From positions 6,162,885 through 6,181,961 of the forward strand of contig NW_003314262.1 in the NCBI RefSeq assembly GCF_000143415.4: 19,077 nt of DNA, written 5' to 3'. The stretch is from Selaginella moellendorffii. Taxonomy: Eukaryota; Plantae; Lycopodiophyta. Below are positions 11,034-19,077 of the stretch, piece by piece. How positions within the stretch are numbered: position 1 is the stretch's first letter; every line of letters begins with the position of its first letter. The position numbers and the translations under genes are program-made. The notes under the pieces were generated by a model. That model saw only the letters and a list, made by a program, of their open reading frames with translations, did no database searches and was not told the origin of the DNA.

Positions 11034-12947
11034 TCTTTGATCTCAACTTTATTGGACACTAACTGAAGTTACGGCTAAATTTGTAAAACACTAAATTTGA
11101 GTTTGCACTTGTTGTAATACTCCAATATTATTTTGTATTTTGATTGATTTGCTATAGAGAAGATTTCTTCACCCACCTTCTCAATATACCCAATCACTTT
11201 TTCCACCATCTTAATATTCATTACTTTTTCTTCCACTAAATTCGGAATGGATTATCAGTAGTTAGGACTAAAGAGTGGACAACCTTAGATGATCTACCAA
11301 CTACTTATAACTCCTTGAAAGCTGCTAGCTTATATAAATTTGGAATTTGTGCCAAAGTTATCATATTTAACTTCTCAAATATGCATTATTTATATTGTGG
11401 ATCCTTTATATTGAAGCTTATCATAACATCAAACCATTCCTCACCAAGATTTAAATATAAGATATTGATAAGCTTTGTCATCTTTGCTATATGTTTTTGC
11501 TTGATGTTGCATTCATTTTTAATAGCAACATCAATGTCAAGGCTCTTATTCTTTAATCTCTCCAAGTCCTTGTTGATGTTATATTGGAGAAGCAAAAATA
11601 AAACTCGAAATAAGTACTTTAGTAAATTTAAGTATCTCAAATAAGATATACCTATAGATATATCAAGGGAACTTGGCATAACTATCATGCTTTTTAGACT
11701 AGTTTTTCTTAGCTACTATCATGTTTAGTTGGACTTTTTCCTCATTTGTAAGCTTGTTTATAATCTTACTAACATCTACTTGAAGAATATTTTATATATC
11801 CATAATCATGTGTGGAAGAGCTGTTTTGACTATTGCATCTTCATGTTGCCTACATAAAAGAAATTATGTCAATAAAGAATCTAGAGAAGAAATGAGTATA
11901 CCTATTCATTGAAATTAAGTGCCATATAATCTTTGTCCTAGAACTCTATCACCGCAACATTTGCCATACCATAGTATCTCAAAATCTCTTTGTTAGTCGA
12001 ATTTGGATAATTGAAATCTATCTATGTCAACCATACCTTGAATTAGTGATTTCCCTCCCACACAAGTAGCATCTGATTGAAAAGAACCTCCTTACATTCA
12101 ACATAATCTCATCCCTTAAAATGTCTTTGAATTCCATATCAAGTTGCTATTATATCTCATTCCAGGAAGCTCTTTTAAGAGCATTGAACCCTTCACCACA
12201 ATAAACTTGGATTTTATTTGCACAAAGCCTCACTACTGAACAAACAACTTGAGTTAGTCCACAATATCTACCATTGATCACACAATTGGATTCAAGATAA
12301 TGTGGTATAAAGGCACTCAAGGAGGTGGAACTTTCTTCTTGATTGTCAGTTATTGTAGTAAATATGAGACAACCTTTACTTTGAACTTCAAGGGATAATT
12401 AAATAAATTTGTATCCAGAATTTCTTCTTGTGCTTGTAGCTTTGCTTTATACTTTTTTCTTTCATTTAACCCCATCCTTGGCTCCACTTGGTTCCTTTAT
12501 AGCATTTTTCTTTATGCGATTTAACTCTCTAAAATGTCAAAGCCATCATCTTCCTCTTTTTCATTTTGTTGTTACTCCTCTTCCTCCTCAGACTCATCTC
12601 CAGGCAATTTAGGATTCTTTGCCTACTTGGGATTCTCAATTTGCTCTCTTTTTTGAGGATTTCTTAATGAATCTTGAGAAAGGTTATTTCACTCCCACTG
12701 TGTTTGTATTCCTCGCAGCATGGATAATAATATTCTTGATAAATATTGCCCTTTTGCACATGTTCTAGCAACTCACTAAAGTCTAGAAAGAGTAGGCATA
12801 AACCTGAAAAAATAAATAAAAAAAACTAAGATCAATAATTGCATATCAAGGTGGCTAAATGCAAAAATCAACCATGAATCAAGCTACCATGTTCAAGCTA
12901 TCAATTTCAAGCTGCCATAAGGGGAGCCATGGCATTGCTCCCCCTCA

Positions 12948-13141
12948 TGTTAGGGTGTGGCCACCGAGAGAGTGAGAGAGAGAGAGGGAATATTTTGGTC
13001 CTCAAAATATTCTTTATCTTTCTTGTATAAAACCCTTGCGCCACAAGGGCAAGGGGGCGGGGGGGGGCATTTTGTAGAGAGTATTGAAGCATTTCTCATG
13101 TTTGAGTGAGCGTTGGGGAAGACACCACTCCTTCCCCAACA
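12948..13141 (+). repeat. Gypsy 5' LTR (194 bp)
   Basis: TGTTAGGG...CCCCAACA (7/8 inverted match), GA-repeat, TATAAAA at 13026-13032, PBS immediately downstream. The second LTR is not available to confirm the boundaries. Confidence 0.8.
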
Positions 13142-13143
13142 AA

Positions 13144-13160
13144 TGGTGAACCTGGCATGA
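13144..13160 (+). other. Primer-binding site, tRNA-Trp type
   Basis: TGGTGAACCTGGCATGA, 2 nt after the LTR end; three transitions from TGGTGAACCCGACGTGA, the complement of the plant tRNA-Trp 3' end as I recall it. Confidence 0.75.
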
Positions 13161-13986
13161 CACGCAGCACTTTCGGAAGTGTCATTTCTCTCTTTTCTTT
13201 TGGCTGCAGACTTTGGGAAGGAATTCCTTGTTCGTCTTGTGGGTGGTTTTGTTTGATCTTGGGTGTGTTGGAAAGGTCGGGAGCTCCTCTTTCCAACAAG
13301 GTATAGCGCTCATCAAGCCATGCAGTATTTGAAGAGATACAATGTTTCTTGGCTTGGTTTGAGGAACAGTTTGGGGTTTTCACTTTTCTCGCCTAGATCC
13401 TCGGCCAAATTTCTCAAGGTAGTGCATTTGGGCTTGTAGATCTGGCCTATATCTATGAGTAGTGGTGATTCTTGACACTAGATTTGGGCGAATTGACGGC
13501 ATGCAAAAGGATTTTCTTCTCTAGCAAAATTGAATCATCTTTGTAGCAGGAATTCGTGCTCCTCCGGGCTTTGTTTTGGACGCCGTTGTTTCTGGAGGTG
13601 CTCCTGGTCCTAGGCTTTCTGGAAATACCAACAGCGCCTCAATATCAATTTACATCACTGACATGCACATGTTTTTCCACAATGTTGGCATTCTGGGCTA
13701 CCTCTTCATGGATTTTGGGGAATATTGAGGCGACTTTTTCACAAATTCCTGTGATAGAGGGTAGATGGGGCTAAGCCCTTTCCAACAAGCCCACCAACAG
13801 TTAGAATGGGGAAGGATCGAGACCAGAGGACTCATTTTTCTCTTTTGGGTTAAACTTTGTTGGGGTTTCCTTGGGAATGAAGCAATCTTCAGGGAACAGG
13901 TAACCATAGGAACAGGAACAGGAGGAGTAGGAACAAAAGTTGGTGTAGGAATAGGGACAGTAGGAACAGGCATAGGGATAGGAGTT

Positions 13987-14130
13987 GGTGTTGGAGCAAG
14001 CGCAGGAGTAAGAGCGGGAACAGAGGGTTACTGGTTACAAGTTATAGGTCCCCAATTACTGGTCACGAGTTACCGGTTACTGGCTACTCCAGCGGCTACT
14101 TTGGTGGTTACCCCACGGGTCAATAGTTAC
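13987..14130 (+). repeat. 7-bp-period GGTTAC(T/C/A) array module, copy 1
   Basis: ggttact ggttaca agttata ggtcccc aattact ggtcacg agttacc ggttact ggctact, with flanks homologous to 18428-18574. Confidence 0.85.
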
Positions 14131-14285
14131 GTGTGCTTGAGGCATATATCTCCATTTTCACTCTTATTCCTCTTTGTCACAAGCATTTTGGGCAACTTTA
14201 AGCAACTTAAGCACTAGCCTATAGTCTTCTTGCTCCTGTCAACCCAATTGCCTTGACCTGGAATTTGTAGTGTTCAGGGTATTTG

Positions 14286-15500
14286 ATGCCGGTACAAACT
14301 AGATGTGCGACAAATTGGCACCCTTTTACCATACCTCAAGGCCCTAAGGTACGGAGTAAACTTTTTAACATCCAAAGGTAGCTTAGGTACTACACAACAC
14401 AACACCTTCTCGGGCCAAGTCCTCTTCATCCTCAGTAGATTCCAGTGACTTAGATCTACGAGCTATGGCATAGCCACCTTTAGCTCGACCTCAGCTCCAT
14501 GTTCTGCAGAAGTGGACTGATTTGCTGACCTTCTCAGGTGTTGGAACAGTCTCTCCAACATCACATATTAGTCGCTTTGATTACTACTGCACCACAAATA
14601 TGATCGTCGACGATGATTGTATGTGCCGTGACTTCTTGCAGTCTCTCGAAGGCAAAGCAGCAACTTGGGCAGATTTTCTCCTCCCAAAGGACTGGACAGA
14701 CTTCCAGACACTACTTGCTTCTTTCAGAGAATGTTTTGTTGAAGAAAAACCCACAAATCGGCTACTTGTCGACCTCTTTTCATTCCAGTAGGGTGCCCAC
14801 GAGTTTTTTCCTGACTACATCACATGGTTTTGAGCTTACTAGAAGCAATGTTGGGATCACAAAGTAATCCAAGATGAGCAATAAGGGATCACGGCATTCA
14901 CAACGGGTCTGCGTGGGAACTTGCAAAGGAAACTTCTCAAGAAGACATTCCGGTCTTGCTGCAAGGCATTTTCATTTGCCACGAAGCTGGAAAGAGAGCT
15001 TCTGGTTGACCTAGGGATTGCTAGAGTTGATTTTGACCAAGCCATCACCCCGTCAGAGTCATCTTGTGCAGCTGTTCGCCCGTCCATAACAAAGCCCATC
15101 GCTATTGAGCATACACTTCCGGCTATTGAAAACATTGCCAACGAGATGTGGCAGTTGAAGGAGATCATTCTTCAGAAACAATCACACCATGACAAACTGC
15201 TCCAAGAGCTAGTGGAGTCCAGGAAAGAGGCCACTATAGCTCAGGAATGCAGATTTAAATCTCGTTGGTGCACTCACTGAGAGACGAACACACATAACAC
15301 ACAGCATTGCTTCAAGCTTCACCCAGAGCTTTGGCCTCCATCTTCTCAACGTGTCCAACAACATCCCTTCACTGATAACTCCACATTGTTTCGGGGTCCA
15401 AAGACATATCAGGAGCAGCTGGAGTGACAAGCGATTGAGGCAGCCCCTTCGTCAAGCAAAGGCAAGGCACCAGCCTCATCAGTCAACACAATTTTGTTAG
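14286..15500 (+). pseudogene. gag: Retrotransposon gag (capsid + zinc knuckle), multiple stops
   Basis: Starts MPVQTR at 14286; HISRFDYYC..CRDFLQSLEGKAATW..FQTLLASFRECF..Q*GAHE..DYI..F..AFTTGLRGNLQRKL (Retrotrans_gag-like); C-T-H-*-ETNT-H-NTQH-C knuckle at 15269-15310. Confidence 0.88.
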
Positions 15501-15899
15501 CTGAGGAACTCTATAGGCAACAGCAGCAAACCGCAGCCACTCGAGCCCAAGCGAAGAAGAAGACACCCGCTCAACCTGCCACAAATCCCTCGGTGCCGGT
15601 TGAGAGTGAATCTCTGTCGGCACCAGATCTAGTGACACAGAGGATGGCTTGTAAGCTCCCCTTCAAGTCACTACTCTCTTCTCCTCCTGAGATCTCACCA
15701 ACAGCTATTCCTGTTCTAGAGCCGGTTCTTCAACAACTGGTTGACACTCCCGTCACCTTTTCACTCCGAGACATGTTGTGTCTTGTCCCGGGATTTGGCC
15801 AGCGTTTAAAGGAGTTTGCACGGTCAGGAACATTAGAGATCACCCTCAAGAGGACTCCTCAAGATGTGCACATTATCGACATGACAAGATATGGTGGAG

Positions 15900-17695
15900 A
15901 TCCTGGTTCGTTCTTCATCCCAGTGCAGATTGGTACTTCCTCTTGTAGGATGGATGCTTTGGTTGTCATCCTTGGCCACTCATGGCAAATCACAGCCCAT
16001 TGCACCATTGACAGCGCACAAGGCAAGATGGAAATTAGCGATGGAACCCATAGCGCCACCTTTCTCAACAACCACGGCATAGCTCTTTCTCAGCAAGCCT
16101 AGAAGGCTCAGACTAAGATGGCTTCCACACCACACTTCCCTCCCAAGCTCACAAAGGTTTTTCCTGAGTTGGCGGAGGAGTCGACCATCTATATGACGGA
16201 TGCTTTCTCATGTAATGCAATTGACATGGTTGGAGGTGAGTCAGATAGCCCAAGACATCTCTCAGCTTTACTCTCTTTATTTGAGAATAAGGCCGAGCCT
16301 CTAAACACACCCTCTTTATTTGATGGCAGGGCTTATAGAGTACGGGCTCCCATATCCAGCTTTTCGGAGTGTTTCTTGATAGAGGAAGGGCTCCTCGATT
16401 TGTTTCTTGTATGGGACCAACTCTCTCTTATGGAGCTTGATGACACAATCACTCCAGACCAGGTTCATCTTTCACAAGACACAGTCGAACTCAATCCTTC
16501 TTAGCAACTATCTAAGGTGTCACATAGCCAACATCTTCCTACTAAAATTGCAGTAGATGACGACTCCAAGCGTATTTTATCATGCCGTTTCTTGGGGACA
16601 GAGTATGACATCCAGATATAGAATTGGCAGAAAGAATCAAGCCAATTGGACGTGCTGCATGTGAGTTATACTTTTTTGAGTTCAGAATTTCCTACTGTGG
16701 AGCCCTCGGTATTCCAACCACCAGAACGACAACTTCCTTTCGAAATTTACATCATGACAGGCATGGAGGCCTTTGGAATACGCCTTTGCCAATGTTCACA
16801 GCTTGGCAAGCCACCACATGCGACATATTATGCCTCACATTCGTTCGAAGAAAATGGAAAGAAGTACGTGGATGCGGAAAAAGAAGCGGTGGCTGTTGTT
16901 TATACCTTGGAGCGATTTCACCACTTTCTTGCTGGAGCCTGTATCCATTCCCATGTCTGTTTTACTGTGTTGACCTTTCTTTTATAGTGATCGGTTCACA
17001 GTCCTCGTACTTTATCTTGGATTGTGACCATCCATGAGTTCCAGCCAACTTTTCACATGCGGCGGAAGTGTGTGATGCATCTTCTCCAACAGCTGCAGGT
17101 CAAGCACGTGAAAAGCAGCAGCTATTATCCTAAATGCAATGGCCAAGTGGAGTCCAGCAACAAGATATTGAAGACAGTCATCTCAAAGCTTGTGGAAGAT
17201 CACCCAAGGTGTTGGCACGAGCACTTAGTTATGGCATTGTGGGCCTTTCAGACGTCCTTCAAGACATCCATCTCTATGACCCCATTCTCCCTTGTCTATG
17301 GGACAGAGGCCATACTTCCAGTGGAGATCCAGGTGCCATCACTCTCACTTTCACTTTGATACGTAGCAGCGATGTAGCTTAGCGATGAGGACAAGCTTCA
17401 TGCACGTGACTTGGAGGTTCTTGCCTTGGAAGAACAGCGAAGATCCACATCAAAACATCTCCTTTGAGGCAAGTAGAAGATCAAATCAGTTATTGATCAC
17501 CAGCGGTCAGCCGAACCATTTGAGGATAGCAATCTCAAGGAGTTTATGCCGCCTTCAAAGTTTTCCCCTCGCTGGACCGGCCCCTACTTTGTCCAGCGAC
17601 ACATTGGAGGTGGAGCGTATGTGCTAGTTGATGCTAATGGACGTGAGCTCCCACACGCTCACAACCACTCTCACCTCAAATGCTTCATCCGGTGA
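15900..17695 (+). pseudogene. pol: pol remnant: protease (active site deleted), vestigial RT, RNase H, C-terminal integrase
   Basis: IPVQIG..DALV|VILGHSW (no D-S/T-G); PFEIY..YYASHSFEENGKKYVDAEKEAVAVVYTLERFHHFLAG (RNase H); SSYYPKCNGQVESSNKILK..W.EHL..ALWAFQTS..TPFSLVYG and KFSPRWTGPYFV..HLKCFIR* (integrase, stop 17693-17695). No YxDD motif seen. Confidence 0.92.
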
Positions 17696-18427
17696 GGCAT
17701 TCCTCTTCTCTTCTTTTTCTTTTTCTTCCTTTTTTTCACTTTACTTTCATGGCTACTTTTCTTACTTTCAGAGGGTGTTTCTCCATTGGACCATGGCCCA
17801 TGCCTTGGATTTCATTCTCAAGCTACATTGCCATTTGTATGGAGGTTCCTCTCTTGGCTCAGTCTATGTTCCAGGTTCTTTGGCCCTTCTCTTACCATTA
17901 CTACACCCACACATTCCCCTCACTCATTCCATATCATCTACACTCACAATTCCATCACCACTCACTTCCAACAGTGTTGCCTGCACTTATCTCTAGATGC
18001 CCGTCTTGCATCTTTCATTCTTTCACCATCATTCACATCCGTTTGAGGTCACATTTACACCATACCACAGACACACACATGTGCACTAGCAACAAATGAC
18101 ACCACCTCATTTGGACGTGCCATTTCCGAGATATCCTTACGACCAATTGCCGACAACGCACTAGCTTTTCTGGAGCAACTTTCTTCCAACTAGGTGAATC
18201 TATTCACTCAAGGCACCTAGGTGGATCTTTAGGCGAGGCTGCAAAAGTCGAAGCCACTTTCTTCTACTCCAGCACTTAGTGGACACATGCCACCTCCCTT
18301 TACCGGCAACCTAGTGACTCTGACATCTTTTTCAGCTACTGACTTCTTCAGTCTGACACATCAGACTGGCCACCTTCTTAGAGTGCCACCACCATCTCAA
18401 CGCTCCACCATATCACTCCACCATATC

Positions 18428-18574
18428 GGTGCTAGAGCAGGTACAGGAGTAGGAGCGAGAGCAGGTGGTTACCGGTTATAGGTTACAAGTCCCCAGTTAC
18501 TGGTTACTAGTTACTGGTTACCAGTTATCGGCTACTCCGAGTGGTCAGCACTTACTCTACGGGCCAACGGTTAT
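18428..18574 (+). repeat. 7-bp-period GGTTAC array module, copy 2, flanked by 54-bp direct repeats
   Basis: Homologous to 13987-14130; direct repeats at 18367-18420 and 18578-18631 (48/54 identical, all differences transitions). Confidence 0.85.
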
Positions 18575-19077
18575 CAATGGCCACCTTTTCAGAGTGCCAC
18601 CACTATCTCGACACTCCACCGTATCACTCCATCTTTCATCACTTCCATACTTACCACCCTTGGGCAATGTGTCCCCTCTTCTATTTCTCTTTCTTTCTCA
18701 ATTTTGGCCAATCCTTGGAGCATACCAGAAGTCATCAAGAGGCTATATTTGCATATTACACTTTCCTGAGCCAAAATCTAGGTACAGGTTAAGTTCTTTG
18801 GGTGCTCACTCTTTTTCCTCTATTTTCCTCCTCTTTTCACACTTTTTCTACACTTTTCTTCAGCTTTAGGGTCCAATTTGACTATAGGGTTTCCCACTGG
18901 GTTTTCCTCCCTATTTCTAAACTTCACACCTACCTCTTTTCTTTCTTTTTCACTTTGTTTCCTAGAGTTTCTACTATTTTAGCACTTGGCATCAGTAGCA
19001 AAGGTACACTCTACACTCTTCAGAGGGTTCTCACGCGTCTGGAGCCAGCGCAATCCACCATGGTCACATATTAGGGC

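Larger units (their letters stand above)
7875..12803 (-). pseudogene. Degenerate multi-exon gene: acidic N-terminus + ParB/Srx-like domain + helical region + beta-class DNA amino-methyltransferase (N6_N4_Mtase-like) C-terminus
   Basis: Manual translation: VPLYHIILNPIV*SMVDIVD*LK (~12316-12250), KRASWNEI**QLDMEFKDILRD, QMLLVWEGNH*FKVW (VWEGNH* = 12063-12043; TAA derivable from CGA Arg), MNR|QHEDAIVKTALPHMI, ORF 11386..11688, YKWENCLWWL (~10195-10165), ORF 8765..8956, SMLLFYK (~8500), LQKSKALVNMV (QK 8319-8314), ILDFFNSIRAFLIATQSNGCNAFGLDCDP (8269-8183). In-phase GT-AG introns at ~11901-11851 and 9148-9097. Interrupted by two LTR-type insertions. Confidence 0.75.
1980..12947. mobile_element. 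Putative large, degenerate Mutator-like DNA transposon carrying transposase, ParB-MTase and CXC-like genes (boundaries not determined)
   Basis: Three similarly decayed multi-exon genes are packed together around a DDE-transposase-like gene, with a palindrome cluster near the left end. No TIR pair or TSD is visible; the right end is presumably beyond the gypsy insertion. Confidence 0.5.
12948..19077 (+). mobile_element. Ty3/gypsy non-chromovirus LTR retrotransposon, defective; 3' LTR outside the window
   Basis: 5' LTR + PBS, then gag, protease, RT/RNase H and integrase remnants in gypsy order. Integrase ends in a GPY/F motif with no chromodomain; long 5' and 3' non-coding regions. Confidence 0.93.

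Noticed and set aside
11315-11644. Plus-strand 109-aa ORF and similar short antisense ORFs (2068-2471, 3110-3512, 12409-12612)
   Set aside because: Shadow frames opposite the minus-strand fossil genes.
3800-12800. Endogenous giant-virus or bacterial contaminant origin for the AT-rich ParB/MTase region
   Set aside because: The genes have spliceosomal GT-AG introns and plant LTR insertions; no viral hallmark genes or operon structure seen. AT richness is explained by transition decay.
12879-12918. Three TCAAGCT units at ~14-bp spacing
   Set aside because: Short local tandem duplication with no supportable function.
13765-14217. Gly-rich protein ORF (GTGTGGVG..)
   Set aside because: Translation of a low-complexity hexamer tract and the heptamer array in the retrotransposon leader.
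14305-14323. GCGACA-aat-TGGCACCC as an LTR end plus PBS
   Set aside because: It lies inside the gag start (MPVQTRCATNWHP); a better LTR/PBS pair exists at 12948-13160.
18428-18574. CRISPR-like or telomeric array
   Set aside because: Degenerate 7-bp tandem units without spacers; the unit GGTTACN is not TTTAGGG.

Overview
AT-rich eukaryotic (land-plant, most likely bryophyte/moss-type) TE-rich region with no intact gene. Almost everything of interest is a fossil reading frame broken by C>T/G>A stop codons, so the ORF track largely misses it. From left to right: (1) a minus-strand pseudogene with a GNA/bulb-type lectin domain and probable CAP/PR-1 remnants, interrupted by a ~145-bp GC-rich piece of an ALOG (LSH/G1) gene in the opposite orientation; (2) a cluster of three degenerate, intron-containing genes at ~2.2-12.8 kb: a small gene ending in a CXC-like Cys cluster (-), a Mutator-like DDE transposase (+), and, convergent with it, a large gene fusing a ParB/Srx-like domain to a beta-class DNA amino-methyltransferase (N4C/N6A) C-terminus (-). 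I interpret these as the remains of one large DNA transposon carrying its own DNA methyltransferase. (3) Younger nested insertions: a complete TRIM with 5-bp TSD, a solo LTR of the same TRIM family, and an LTR-like insertion spanning a gap. (4) A non-chromovirus Ty3/gypsy element from 12948 to the window end, with a 194-bp LTR, tRNA-Trp PBS, gag and an internally deleted pol. All family assignments come from manual translation and motif recognition; no database searches were run.
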